A stretch of 64,000 bases of DNA from a virus (taxonomy: Duplodnaviria > Caudoviricetes): IMG/VR virus record IMGVR_UViG_3300021387_000661, positions 1 to 64,000 of that record; one strand, written 5' to 3'. The translations under genes were made by a program, and so were the position numbers. How positions within the stretch are numbered: position 1 is the first letter of the stretch; each line of letters starts with the position of its first letter. The notes under the pieces were generated by a model. It saw only the letters and a program-made list of their open reading frames with translations, did not search any database and was not told where the DNA came from. This document shows, piece by piece, positions 8,413-18,874 of this stretch.

Positions 8413-8798
8413 ATTTTAAATGATAACCTCAATGTCCATACATCATCAGGACAATCATTTGTTAAGTCAACAAGTATTGCACCATCAAGATTTACAAATA
8501 ACTCACTTAACCATTTTGAATAGTCTTTCCAATTTCCAGTACCATTCTCACCACCATAGATATATGCAATATAATGGTCGCTGGCATTGAATACACTGTC
8601 AACAACAGGTGGTCTGTTTCCTTTATAAACAGGAAGTTTATCTGATATATATTGGAATTCAGGAGAACCTTTTTCTGATTTTACCCAATGTTCATCAAAA
8701 TCAACACCTGGATCTTCATCAAACATATGTTCATCTAATGATTCCTTGATATAACTTTTGAATGTTATATAATCTTTATATTCAAGTAAAGTGTTCAT
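8397..8798 (-). CDS. hypothetical protein with capsid-targeting-like N-terminal motif
   Basis: N-terminus LLEYKDYITFKSYIKES; co-transcribed with 8800-9957. Confidence 0.65.
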   Translation of the reverse strand: MNTLLEYKDYITFKSYIKESLDEHMFDEDPGVDFDEHWVKSEKGSPEFQYISDKLPVYKGNRPPVVDSVFNASDHYIAYIYGGENGTGNWKDYSKWLSELFVNLDGAILVDLTNDCPDDVWTLRLSFKIKESL

Positions 8799-8799
8799 A

Positions 8800-9957
8800 T
8801 TATTTTAATGATTTGAATTTATTTACTTTCAAGAACTCCTTGATATTCTCAAGTTCATATTTCTGGTCCGGACCTATATTGTAATGGAGTATGTCATCTC
8901 TCATCTTGTCATCCATATCATTGACCATATTAAATCCCTGGAAATATGTTGTCATAGGCTCTCCAGACATAATTGAACAATCCTTGTTTCTTCTCCTTGG
9001 TCTCATCACTGTTTTGAATGCAGTATAGTCTGTCATTCCTGGTGCCTGTTTCTTCACCCAGTCAAAGAGATCACAGAAATCCATCTCAAACATAAGATAA
9101 GATATACATGTTTTCATTGCAATATTGAACATCACATTGTCTTTCTTGTGTTTTACCAGGTTTAAACTATTCCAAACGGCCAAACCCTCATCATAAGTTG
9201 AACTACTTTGTGTTCCATATGCAAACAACCAAAGTCCAGTTTGTTTTCCAAAGTATCTTCTTCCGACGTGACCCCGGATTTCATGTTGGATCAGTCCATC
9301 AATATCTTCATCAGAGAACTTGGAATTCTTGTTGATATTGACCTTTCCCATCTTCACATTCATTCTTGGGAGCATACCTGTGTCAATTTGTACATCAAAG
9401 TCATATCCAAGTTCATCCAGTGCATCCTCAATTGCTTCAAGGACATCATCACTGTCATTGGTCCTGTCTTCCTTGAAATCAGGTTTCTTATATGGATGTT
9501 CCTTTATCACCTGGAGTGCTTCCTTATATAGTTCTTTGTCAACAGGATTCTCACCCGGTTCATAAGTCCCGTCTTCCAGTTTCTGTCTTTGTTCAAGTGA
9601 CAGTCTCATTGAATGGAGTTTTTCAATATAGAACTTTGCAACATAACACTTGTCCTTTATCTTCTCAAACTCTTCCTTGAGTTTCCCCATATCATCATAG
9701 ATTTTCATATCCACATCAGAGTTCTTTATTTCCAGTTGTGGATAATACTTCTGACCAAGGTTTCTGGCATTCATAAACTTGTCAAACTCTTCCTTGATGT
9801 TGGATACAGTCTGGGCAACATATTTTGTACGGAACTTTTCAATGAGTTTATGATACTTCTCATCCAGGACCAGAAGTTTTGATTTGGTCTCATTATCCAA
9901 TTTGTAGATACTCTTGGATTCAAGAATATAATTATCAAAATCAAGTAAATTGTTCAT
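8800..9957 (-). CDS. DUF1704/MATCAP-like (QEGLA-motif) zinc carboxypeptidase
   Basis: HEIRGH (HExxxH) followed by DEGLA; N-terminal LLDFDNYILES. Confidence 0.7.
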   Translation of the reverse strand: MNNLLDFDNYILESKSIYKLDNETKSKLLVLDEKYHKLIEKFRTKYVAQTVSNIKEEFDKFMNARNLGQKYYPQLEIKNSDVDMKIYDDMGKLKEEFEKIKDKCYVAKFYIEKLHSMRLSLEQRQKLEDGTYEPGENPVDKELYKEALQVIKEHPYKKPDFKEDRTNDSDDVLEAIEDALDELGYDFDVQIDTGMLPRMNVKMGKVNINKNSKFSDEDIDGLIQHEIRGHVGRRYFGKQTGLWLFAYGTQSSSTYDEGLAVWNSLNLVKHKKDNVMFNIAMKTCISYLMFEMDFCDLFDWVKKQAPGMTDYTAFKTVMRPRRRNKDCSIMSGEPMTTYFQGFNMVNDMDDKMRDDILHYNIGPDQKYELENIKEFLKVNKFKSLK

Positions 9958-9962
9958 ATCAT

Positions 9963-9984
9963 TATTTATGAACAGTCATAAATA
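9963..9984. promoter_or_regulatory. back-to-back late promoters CATAAATA (others at + 1599, 14218, 19985, 21338, 39116, 40395; - 34632, 42013, 51678, 54370, 56102, 57529, 61897)
   Basis: one base from the T4 late promoter TATAAATA; mostly upstream of structural genes; gp55-like sigma is present. Confidence 0.82.
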
Positions 9985-10003
9985 TTCTATATAGGTTTTT
10001 ATT

Positions 10004-11320
10004 ATGAAATTTGAATTTGATCATAAGACAGGTATGATGAGACCAAAGAAGGATGAGGAAATTTATTTTGCCAAGTCACAAGGTGGTGGTCTCATTGTTG
10101 ATGATAAGAAGAATGATATCAAATATATCATTGAAAGAGATGAAAGAATAACAAAACTCTTTGGAAGTTTTGATAAAGATAATCTCAATCTTTATGATAT
10201 GAGGAATGCAAGGATGATTGCAGACAGGGTTGTCAGATTATTTGGTAGAGATCATAAGTACACAGATTATCATTATTTCCTTAAGGGTTATCATATGAAT
10301 GAGAATTTTGTCCAGAAAATGAGTGATTTTTTGGATGAATCTGTTTGGGGTGATATTAGAAGAAGAGGTAATGGTTCTGTGGAAGATATTAAAAAGGAAG
10401 ATGGTGAAATAATTGGAAAATTGGAAGATGGTACAATTCTGATAATGTCAAGAGATGCCTTTGCTGATGGAGATATTATTGATTTTAATGGTAGTAAAAT
10501 TTATACTTTTAATGAATCTGGAGATGAACCTATTTATGTTGCAGTCATATCAGATGGTAAGACAGATGTTTATTATAAGTATGATGAAGATTCAGAAGAT
10601 ACTGTAAATATGGTGAGATGTTTTGAGGCTGATTCTACAATTAGAAAAATCAATGATTTTGGTTCATTGAGAGCGATTATGAATCAAGATGAATGGGATG
10701 ATAATGATTATTTTGATGGACTTGAGATTGACTGTCATGAAAATTGTACCATTTTTAAGATTGATGGTTTTTATGAATTCTCTGTATATGAGAATAGAGA
10801 CAGTGCAATAGATGATGCTGTTGATATGGAAGAGGATTTGCTTGATTCAACTACTTTTACCAAAAAAGATGTTGAACGTTTTAGAAATGTATTGGGGGAT
10901 GATTTTTTAGATGAAAAACAAATGAAGGAAGACCTTAAGGAAAGTCAGGAGACTTATTATGATGAATTAGATGAGGATGATGCCATTGATGAATTATTAA
11001 GAATGGAAATAATTGAAGATTCTGAAGATTATTTTGATGTTGATGAGTATGGAGATATAGATCATTCTCTTCCAAAGTTTGATTATAATGATTATAAAGA
11101 TGCATATGTTGAAAAATACATAGATGGTATTAGTGACTATATTGATGAATATATTTCTAATTTTGGATATGATGGTATAGAATCATATATTGATACAAGG
11201 AAACTTGCAGAAAAGATTATAGAAGCAGATGGTCCAGAATGTGAAATAGCATCATATGATAGTGTTGAGAGGGAAGAGAGAATAGATTATATCACATATT
11301 ACATATATAGAAGGAATTAA
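10004..11320 (+). CDS. very acidic hypothetical protein, probably virion-associated
   Basis: 438-aa D/E-rich ORF after CATAAATA at 9977; internal KMSDFLDES motif. Confidence 0.65.
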   Translation: MKFEFDHKTGMMRPKKDEEIYFAKSQGGGLIVDDKKNDIKYIIERDERITKLFGSFDKDNLNLYDMRNARMIADRVVRLFGRDHKYTDYHYFLKGYHMNENFVQKMSDFLDESVWGDIRRRGNGSVEDIKKEDGEIIGKLEDGTILIMSRDAFADGDIIDFNGSKIYTFNESGDEPIYVAVISDGKTDVYYKYDEDSEDTVNMVRCFEADSTIRKINDFGSLRAIMNQDEWDDNDYFDGLEIDCHENCTIFKIDGFYEFSVYENRDSAIDDAVDMEEDLLDSTTFTKKDVERFRNVLGDDFLDEKQMKEDLKESQETYYDELDEDDAIDELLRMEIIEDSEDYFDVDEYGDIDHSLPKFDYNDYKDAYVEKYIDGISDYIDEYISNFGYDGIESYIDTRKLAEKIIEADGPECEIASYDSVEREERIDYITYYIYRRN

Positions 11321-11321
11321 T

Positions 11322-12182
11322 ATGATATTGGATTTTGGAAGTTATACTATAAATGAAGCCAGCTTGAAGAAACTCAAGAGGGAGGTTCATGGTGTACTAA
11401 ATATGTCTGCCAGGAAGCGAATGCGAAAGGAACTCCGTGACAATATCATTACATTCAAATTCAAAAAGAGAAATGGTGAAATAAGGACAGCTCATGGAAC
11501 TCTTCATCCAAGTTATTTACCAAAATTGAAGGGCGGGGCTCCAAGACCTGAACACCAGATGGTTTATTATGATTTGGATAAAAATTCTTGGCGTTCATTT
11601 AGATCATATTCATTTATAAAGATTCTTAATGTTAAACCTGTTGATGGTACAAGTAAGCCATCTACTAAACCTGTTTCAAAACCTGTACATAAAGAAGAAG
11701 ATGAGGATGAAGAAATAAAGAAAACAGTTCCAGTAAAGGAAAAAGAGAAGGAAGTTGAAAAAGAAACGCATACAGAGGAAAAGAAAGAAAAGAAGAAAGT
11801 GCATGAGATTGATGATGAGATAGAGGATGATGATGACAAGAAGAGTGTACTTGATGATAAGGATACTCCAGAGGAAGAGGAAGTGATTAAGAAGGATAAG
11901 GAGGAAGATGATGACAAGGATAAGAAAAAGAAAGAAAAGACTAATGAGTCTGTTGTGAATCCTGTTGAAAAATATCCTAATGTGATTACACTTGGTGATG
12001 GTGAATATGATGGTGTTCTTTGGGGACATTGTTTTGTTTATGAAGGTAATAAATATTATTCAGACTGTGGATGGAGAAATATATTTCCAATGTATTGTAA
12101 GATGGTTATAGAAGGTGATAGTGCTTGGGCAAATCAAGTGGATAAATATCAAAGACCAGACTTAAAGAAATTATATGTATAA
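11322..12182 (+). CDS. DUF2693/WYL_2-like SH3 beta-barrel protein with a charged low-complexity linker
   Basis: FKFKKRNGEIRTAHGTL and YYDLDKNSWRSFR; N-terminal ILDFGSYTINE. Confidence 0.7.
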   Translation: MILDFGSYTINEASLKKLKREVHGVLNMSARKRMRKELRDNIITFKFKKRNGEIRTAHGTLHPSYLPKLKGGAPRPEHQMVYYDLDKNSWRSFRSYSFIKILNVKPVDGTSKPSTKPVSKPVHKEEDEDEEIKKTVPVKEKEKEVEKETHTEEKKEKKKVHEIDDEIEDDDDKKSVLDDKDTPEEEEVIKKDKEEDDDKDKKKKEKTNESVVNPVEKYPNVITLGDGEYDGVLWGHCFVYEGNKYYSDCGWRNIFPMYCKMVIEGDSAWANQVDKYQRPDLKKLYV

Positions 12183-12193
12183 AGAAAAAAATT

Positions 12194-12222
12194 AGTGAGG
12201 ATGATTAAGTCTTCACTTTTTT
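12194..12222 (+). terminator. intrinsic terminator
   Basis: AGTGAGGA/TCTTCACT stem plus T tract. Confidence 0.7.
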
Positions 12223-12304
12223 GTTATATTTAAGGTTGAATAAAATTGTTTTGATGTCTCCTGGTTGGAGACAAAGTAGTATATAAATTAAAGTTAGTTT
12301 TATT

Positions 12305-14176
12305 ATGAGCAAAATTATAGGTATTGATTTAGGGTCGACTTTGAGTGAGGTCGCTGTTGTTGAGGGTGGAAAGCCCTCTATTATTGTTAATGATGAAGGT
12401 AGTAGGACAACGCCTTCAGTTATTTCATTTACAAAAGATGGTGAAAGAAAGATTGGGTCAGCAGCAAAGAGACAGATGGTAACCAATCCAAAGGGAACTA
12501 TTAATCTTATAAAAAGATTTATGGGAGGTACATATGATGAGGTGAAAGACAACATCTCTCATATTCAGTATGATGTGATTAACAAAAATGGATATCCAAG
12601 AGTTTCTGTTGATGGTAAGGAATATTCTCCAGAAGAACTTTCAGCAATGATTCTTGGAAAGTTGAAGAAATATGCTGAAGATTATCTTGGGGAAACGGTT
12701 ACAGATGCTGTCATCACAGTTCCTGCATTCTTTAATAATGACCAGCGTGAGGCAACAAAGAGGGCAGGTGAGATTGCCGGACTTAATGTAAGAAGAATTG
12801 TTGCAGAACCTACTGCTGCAATTATGGCATCCAATATTGACATCAACAAGGGAGGTAAGTATATGGTGGTTGACTATGGTGGTTCAACACTTGACTTCTC
12901 CATTGCTGACATTTCTGATGGTGTTGTGGAGATTCTTGCATCCAATGGTGATGTGTATTGTGGTGGTAGTGACCTTGATAAGCTTGTGTCAAAGTATATT
13001 GTTGATGAGTTCAAGAAGGCTGAAGGTATTGATTTGTCAAATGATGCAATGGCAATGAGCCGTATCATTGAGGCTGCTGAAAAAGCAAAGGTTGAACTCT
13101 CCAATGTATCAACCACAGACATCAATCTTCCTTATATTACTGCAACTGAAGCAGGTCCTAAGCATTTGAACATCACATTGACAAAGGCAAAGTTTGAACA
13201 GATTATTGATGGTGAGATTACAAAGGTTATCAAACTTGGAAAGGAAGCCATCAAGAAGGCAAATATCAAAACCACTGATTTGGATGGTATTCTTCTTGTT
13301 GGTGGATCTACCCGTATTCCTAAAGTCCAGGATGAATTGGCCAAGGCATTTGACAGACCACTTATCAAGAATGTGAATGTTGATGAAGTAGTGGCATTGG
13401 GGGCTGCTGTTCAGGGGTCGATTCTTGCTGGTGAGAAGACTGATGTCCTTCTTCTTGATGTTATTCCTCTTTCACTTGGTATTGAAACTATGGGTGGGGT
13501 ATTTACAAAACTTGTTGAAGCAAACACAACCATTCCTGTTGCAAAGACAGAGATTTTCACAACTGCTGCTGATAATCAGCCAAGTGTTGAGATAAAAGTT
13601 CTCCAGGGCGAGAGACCAATGGCAAAGGATAATAAGCAGTTGGGTATCTTCCATCTTGATGGTATTGTTCCTGCAAGAAAGGGTGTTCCTCAGATTGAAG
13701 TGAAGTTTGACATTGATGCAAATGGTATCCTTTCTGTATCTGCAACTGATAAAGGAACTGGTAAGGCACAGTCAATCAGAATTGAGGGTTCATCCGGTTT
13801 GAGTGATGCAGAGATTGACAGGATGAAAAAGGAAGCAGAGGCAAATGCAGAAGAAGATAAGAAGGAACTTGAAAGAGTACAGACACTCAATGCTGCTGAA
13901 GCAACCATCTTCAGAACTGAAAAACAGATTGAAGAATATGGTGACAAGATTACTGATGAGCAGAAATCAGAACTTGAAAATGGTCTTACTGCATTAAAGG
14001 ATGCATATGAGCAGAAAGATGTTGATGCTTGTAAGTCTTGTATGGAAATTCTTGCACAGTCCTGGTATAAGATTTCAGAAGAGTTGTATAAGAACACAGG
14101 AGGTGGAGACCAGGGAGGCACACAGGATGGAAATCCTATAAATGATGTCTTCAATAATTTTAACAATGGCCAGTAA
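12305..14176 (+). CDS. dnaK: Hsp70 chaperone DnaK
   Basis: [38 protein letters not shown] linker, [17 protein letters not shown]. Confidence 0.96.
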   Translation: MSKIIGIDLGSTLSEVAVVEGGKPSIIVNDEGSRTTPSVISFTKDGERKIGSAAKRQMVTNPKGTINLIKRFMGGTYDEVKDNISHIQYDVINKNGYPRVSVDGKEYSPEELSAMILGKLKKYAEDYLGETVTDAVITVPAFFNNDQREATKRAGEIAGLNVRRIVAEPTAAIMASNIDINKGGKYMVVDYGGSTLDFSIADISDGVVEILASNGDVYCGGSDLDKLVSKYIVDEFKKAEGIDLSNDAMAMSRIIEAAEKAKVELSNVSTTDINLPYITATEAGPKHLNITLTKAKFEQIIDGEITKVIKLGKEAIKKANIKTTDLDGILLVGGSTRIPKVQDELAKAFDRPLIKNVNVDEVVALGAAVQGSILAGEKTDVLLLDVIPLSLGIETMGGVFTKLVEANTTIPVAKTEIFTTAADNQPSVEIKVLQGERPMAKDNKQLGIFHLDGIVPARKGVPQIEVKFDIDANGILSVSATDKGTGKAQSIRIEGSSGLSDAEIDRMKKEAEANAEEDKKELERVQTLNAAEATIFRTEKQIEEYGDKITDEQKSELENGLTALKDAYEQKDVDACKSCMEILAQSWYKISEELYKNTGGGDQGGTQDGNPINDVFNNFNNGQ

Positions 14177-14177
14177 T

Positions 14178-14216
14178 AAGAATGGAGAGTGAAAATACCA
14201 CTCTCCATTCTTTTTT
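14178..14216 (+). terminator. intrinsic terminator after dnaK
   Basis: AAGAATGGAGAGTG/CACTCTCCATTCTT plus T tract. Confidence 0.85.
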
Positions 14217-14249
14217 CCATAAATAATTTATATATAGTAAAATTGATTT

Positions 14250-16061
14250 ATGATATCTACTCCAAAATTGATAGATTTTAATATAGATGGTGGGACATTG
14301 TATGTCTTTCCATCAGCAAGTAGAGATTTAACCAGGACTTTTGTAAGTAGTGATTATGAATTTAAGTTCAGTCATTTTGCTTGTTTGAAACTTCCGGAAT
14401 TTAAAGAAGGCCCATATAATGAAGCATCTGAAGAATCTGAAGAGTATAATAAAGGATTATATCTTCAGGCATTAACACCAAACCATGAAGGTTATTGGAA
14501 TAATGGTTTTGCAATTAAAAACAATCTTCAAAATTATGTGATGAATTTTGAGACTGCCATACTTAATGGTATGGGTATGGAGAATGCATATGATAATGAT
14601 ATTTTAACATCTCCATCAGAAAAGGTATTCTTTAATTGGCTTCAAAAAGTAGGAGGTATAAAGTTTGATGATAGTAGTTCTTCTGAAAAGTATAATGGTT
14701 CTGAGGAAGACAGAACTGTCCAGTATATAGGTAACCTTGATATAATGAACAGTGTTGAGGTGAATGGAGATGTGTTTGAGGAATTGTATATATATATTCC
14801 TAGTTCGGCTGGAGCAAGTACAAATGTTTATTTCAGGAGAGGTGGACTTACAGATGACAAGAATTATCTTGACAGGGAATATGTTCTTAATTTAGAGAAC
14901 ATTATAGGATCAGAAGATTCAGAAAATATACAAGCATTTTATGATTATGACCATACTTATGTTGGTGATGTGGGTTATACTATTGATTTCAGGGATACTG
15001 TTTATGATGGTGGAGAAGGTATAGATAATATGAATGCTAAAAGTCAGAAAGATTTTGAATTCAATGCTATACTTATATATTATGATTTGTTACAGAAAAC
15101 AAAGACTCCAGGGGTAAGGAGAGTCAGTACTAATCTGTATGGTATTTTATTTGTCAGTGGAATAGAAAATAATCAACTTGAATTATATCCCAAGAAAAAG
15201 GAAAAGGCATATAGTGGTGGTAATAGTTTTGGATTCAAGATTGATATAAAGATTGACACCACAAGTAACAGTCAATCAATTACTATACCAGACTCTTTAA
15301 AGGAAGAACTGCAAAATCACACTGCTGGGTTATCTCTTTATGAAAAATCACTGGTACAACTTCAAAAGTGTATTGATTTGTTTTACACACAGAAGATAGA
15401 ACTTACAAAATTATCTGAAAGGGTTTCAACACTTGAAAATCTTGTAACTGGGATTGACAGTATTAAGTCATTGAGGTCTGATATAAATAAGCTTTATAAT
15501 TTATTTGATGATAATCTAATGGTTGATACTTCTGCATTATTGGGACTGATCAATGAAAATTCAAAGAAACTTGACAACATTATGAATGGTGGAAAGGATT
15601 TGAAACTTCAATATGACACTGATGTTCTTCAGCCAGGTAGGGGTATTGGAATGGTAAAGAGTCTTAATAAAGTTATAATCAGTTCAGAGGACAGATATTC
15701 AATTAATGATGTATCTGCCGGTACTGAAGAAAATCCTATTAATACTGGTGATAATTCAGTAAAAGAATGTAATATTCCATTGAGACCTGGAGAGAATTTT
15801 GCTGTTATATATATTAATGATACTGGATTGTGTGAATCCAAATTCAATATCAATATTGATGATAGTGAATTCAATTGGGAAATAGGACAATCAATGAAGA
15901 TATGTTTCAGTGGCGATTTATTGAATTTTGGTGATAATGGCATACTTGAAATCAGACCAACTGATGGTGTCGTATTATCCATTGCTGAATTTGATGATGG
16001 TGCCTCATTTATAGAACTTGTTTGTGTTGGAGAAAATAAATTTGTATATTTAATCAGATAA
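14250..16061 (+). CDS. hypothetical virion structural protein
   Basis: 603-aa ORF after CATAAATA at 14218; central coiled coil. Confidence 0.55.
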   Translation: MISTPKLIDFNIDGGTLYVFPSASRDLTRTFVSSDYEFKFSHFACLKLPEFKEGPYNEASEESEEYNKGLYLQALTPNHEGYWNNGFAIKNNLQNYVMNFETAILNGMGMENAYDNDILTSPSEKVFFNWLQKVGGIKFDDSSSSEKYNGSEEDRTVQYIGNLDIMNSVEVNGDVFEELYIYIPSSAGASTNVYFRRGGLTDDKNYLDREYVLNLENIIGSEDSENIQAFYDYDHTYVGDVGYTIDFRDTVYDGGEGIDNMNAKSQKDFEFNAILIYYDLLQKTKTPGVRRVSTNLYGILFVSGIENNQLELYPKKKEKAYSGGNSFGFKIDIKIDTTSNSQSITIPDSLKEELQNHTAGLSLYEKSLVQLQKCIDLFYTQKIELTKLSERVSTLENLVTGIDSIKSLRSDINKLYNLFDDNLMVDTSALLGLINENSKKLDNIMNGGKDLKLQYDTDVLQPGRGIGMVKSLNKVIISSEDRYSINDVSAGTEENPINTGDNSVKECNIPLRPGENFAVIYINDTGLCESKFNINIDDSEFNWEIGQSMKICFSGDLLNFGDNGILEIRPTDGVVLSIAEFDDGASFIELVCVGENKFVYLIR

Positions 16062-16067
16062 TAGATT

Positions 16068-16835
16068 ATGGCAGTATCAATAAAAGGAAATATAAGTAAT
16101 GTTATCTATGGTAAGGGTGATGTGTGCTTACATATCAGTCCATTTGATAATTTTAGGATGTTTACTCTTTATGAAGATTGGAGAAGTTCTGACAGGACAC
16201 CTTTGGATCTTTCAAATAACCAGAAGGTTTATCTTGTTTTTAAATCCAATAAAAAGGAAATAAGAATACCTGAATATGATATTGTTAATGGAGATTATAA
16301 AGTAGATAAGGTGAATGGTCAGGTATTGTTCAAGATTTCAAAGAAGAATGCCATAGATATTCTTGCTATGGAAAATAATGTATTCTACATAACAAGAACA
16401 TATACTTTAAGGGATGGTGTAGGAGACAAGGAAAGGGTATCTGATGAAGAGGTACTTTATACTGGGTTGTGGAAGGATGAAAGTTCAAATACTGTTGATA
16501 ATTACACATCACAGATAAAAAACCTTATGGGTATTCTTGATGAAAGGAATAAGCAAATAAAGGATTTACAGGAATCCAATGCTGAATTGATGAAGCAGAA
16601 TGTTGAATTTGCTTCCACTATTACAGATTTACAGGAAGAAAACAATAGGTTGGAATCTACCAATGCTGACCTTGAAGCAAAGGTAATTGAATATGAGAGT
16701 GGTGTTGAACATAATGGTGAAGTTGTTGAAGCTACTGGGGGTGCATCTAAATATACCATTATAAAAGGAGAACAATATACTGAAGAACAGATGAAAGATG
16801 CATTAACACATTTGGAAGAAATTTCAAGAAAATAA
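16068..16835 (+). CDS. hypothetical protein with C-terminal coiled coil
   Basis: ORF in operon with 14250-16061; heptad-rich region. Confidence 0.6.
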   Translation: MAVSIKGNISNVIYGKGDVCLHISPFDNFRMFTLYEDWRSSDRTPLDLSNNQKVYLVFKSNKKEIRIPEYDIVNGDYKVDKVNGQVLFKISKKNAIDILAMENNVFYITRTYTLRDGVGDKERVSDEEVLYTGLWKDESSNTVDNYTSQIKNLMGILDERNKQIKDLQESNAELMKQNVEFASTITDLQEENNRLESTNADLEAKVIEYESGVEHNGEVVEATGGASKYTIIKGEQYTEEQMKDALTHLEEISRK

Positions 16836-16934
16836 ATATTTTTTTGAGTATTTTTTGTTATATTTAGTTTGTAAAAATTGAAGACATTGTCCGAAAGGAC
16901 ATAGTTAATATAGTTTAATAAAGTTTTAATAATT

Positions 16935-17990
16935 ATGGCAGAAGTAAATTTTAATGAGCTGTTTGGAAATTTTTCAGCAGCAGATGCTCTTGCAGCAACT
17001 GAGAGCAAGAAGACCACAACATTCAGTAGTGAAGGTCTTTTTAAACCATCCATCAAGGATGAGAAGTGTAAGGATCAGAATTATCGTGCACTTATTAGAT
17101 TTATTCCTTTTTATCATGAAGGAAAGTGGCGTACAACGGTTTCCCGTTGGGAATGTTTTCTTAAGGATGTCAATGGAGAGAATGGTATCTTTGTTGTCTC
17201 TCCCAAGACTGCAAATCAGAAATGTCCTATGAGAGCTCTTTCTTATAAGCTCTATTCCAGTGACAGTGCAATTGACAAAGCAAATTCAAAGAAGATTCAG
17301 GTTTATCAGCAGTACTATGCTCTTATTGAGGTAGTAAAGGATGTTCAGCACCCTGAATATAATGGTAAGACATTCATCTATCAGTTTGGTCAGAAGATTA
17401 ATGATAAGATTGAGAATGCTATGACCAGTACAGAGTTCACTGAAGGATTCAATCCTTTTGACCTCTACAATGGAAGGTTGTTTGAAATCAATCTCACAAA
17501 GGATACAAAGAAGATGGAAGGTGATAGTAACAGGACCGTTACTAATTATGATGCCTGTCGTTTCATTGAGAAGACTGCACCTATTCATTTTACTGTTGGT
17601 GAGAATACCTTGACTCTTACTGCAGATGACAGGGAGTCCCAGAAGGCTTTTTTCAACTGGCTTGAGAATGATGCACCAAAGATTAAGGAGTATTTCTGGA
17701 AGGAGTGGGATTCAGAAACCACAGCAAAGGTAAACAAGAATCTTGCAACATACACTTCTGGTTATGTAGCACCTCGCACACCAGCTGCTTCTGCACAGGA
17801 AGCTGTTCAGGAAGCAACCAAGGCAGAGATAAAAAATCCTACTCCAGCACCAACTACAACAATTAGGGAAGATTCACCCATAGAGGATATGCCCGACTTC
17901 ACAGGTGCGGGTGTAAATATTCCTACTGATGACACATCATCTGTTTCAACTGAAGATGATGATTGGATCAACAGTGTATTGAATAGCTAA
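16935..17990 (+). CDS. T4 gp32-like single-stranded DNA-binding protein
   Basis: ALIRFIP, CPM, YYALIEVVKD.QHPEYNGK.F.Y.FG.KI.DKI, NPFD, NYD..RF; acidic C-terminal tail. Confidence 0.85.
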   Translation: MAEVNFNELFGNFSAADALAATESKKTTTFSSEGLFKPSIKDEKCKDQNYRALIRFIPFYHEGKWRTTVSRWECFLKDVNGENGIFVVSPKTANQKCPMRALSYKLYSSDSAIDKANSKKIQVYQQYYALIEVVKDVQHPEYNGKTFIYQFGQKINDKIENAMTSTEFTEGFNPFDLYNGRLFEINLTKDTKKMEGDSNRTVTNYDACRFIEKTAPIHFTVGENTLTLTADDRESQKAFFNWLENDAPKIKEYFWKEWDSETTAKVNKNLATYTSGYVAPRTPAASAQEAVQEATKAEIKNPTPAPTTTIREDSPIEDMPDFTGAGVNIPTDDTSSVSTEDDDWINSVLNS

Positions 17991-18002
17991 TTTTTCTAAC
18001 CC

Positions 18003-18032
18003 AGGTGGTGGGTGATTCGACCCACCACCTTT
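18003..18032 (+). terminator. intrinsic terminator after the SSB gene
   Basis: AGGTGGTGGGT/ACCCACCACCT. Confidence 0.8.
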
Positions 18033-18045
18033 AATCATTTTTTAT

Positions 18046-18585
18046 ATGCCAAGCATTTTTGCTATAAGTGATACTTGGTTCAATCGTCTTCTTGATGATG
18101 ACCCAAATGAGAATATTGTTGATAACAATGAACATATTATTCAGGTGTGGAATGAAACTGTTTCCCCTGATGATAAAGTATATGTTCTTGGTGGATTTGG
18201 TATTGGTGATTTGTATTATATTCTCACAAGATTGAATGGTGAAATTCATTTTCTTGATAATTATTTCAATGGTGATGAAAAATCATTTATTTCAGAGATG
18301 AAGTCAGAAGTCAATAAATCAAGTGATTCTAAATTTAAGAGTAGGGTTGTTTTTGAAAAAAATCAGATATTGGTTCTTCCAAAATATGATGTTGTATTAT
18401 CATATTTTCCTCTTGAATCCTGGTTGGGTAAATCATCAGGTACATATTGTTTTCATGGTTTAACAGAGACAACCGATTTATTGAACCATAATATTTCTTG
18501 TGTTTCAAAGAAGTGGGAGTGCGTTCCTGTTAATATTATAAGTGTGCAACACAATATTGAATCAATTGACAATATATTTAAGTAG
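18046..18585 (+). CDS. degenerate calcineurin-like phosphoesterase (most metal ligands lost)
   Basis: SDTWFN, WNETV.PDD.VYVLGGF, LNGEIHFLDNY, LSYFPL, FHG align to family motifs but lack most His/Asp ligands. Confidence 0.7.
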   Translation: MPSIFAISDTWFNRLLDDDPNENIVDNNEHIIQVWNETVSPDDKVYVLGGFGIGDLYYILTRLNGEIHFLDNYFNGDEKSFISEMKSEVNKSSDSKFKSRVVFEKNQILVLPKYDVVLSYFPLESWLGKSSGTYCFHGLTETTDLLNHNISCVSKKWECVPVNIISVQHNIESIDNIFK

Positions 18586-18635
18586 ATATAAATTTGGATA
18601 TATTGGATTTTTCTTTTATATTTGTATTGAAATAT

Positions 18636-18857
18636 ATGGGGAGATACAGGGTATATAATATTGAAGTAGGAGAAAAATTCTATTGGTCTGATAGAAATCT
18701 TTACCACATAGTTCATATTTTTAATGATGAAGATGATACTATGGTGGTTATGAAATTTTGGAACAAATACAGGAAGAATTGGCATTATGAAACTGTTCAT
18801 AAAGAACTTGTTGAATGGTGGCTTTCATCTAATTGTTTTAAAGAAGTTAATAAGTAA
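18636..18857 (+). CDS. small hypothetical protein (MGRYRVY...)
   Basis: ATG at 18636 after an AT-rich leader with a motif-A-like sequence. Confidence 0.55.
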   Translation: MGRYRVYNIEVGEKFYWSDRNLYHIVHIFNDEDDTMVVMKFWNKYRKNWHYETVHKELVEWWLSSNCFKEVNK

Positions 18858-18874
18858 AATAAGTTAATAAAGTT

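Noticed and set aside
13690-14220. Long antisense ORFs (this one, and e.g. 33442-34002, 23711-24241, 44850-45365)
   Set aside because: They shadow well-supported genes on the opposite strand, have S/F/L-biased composition and lack promoter motifs.
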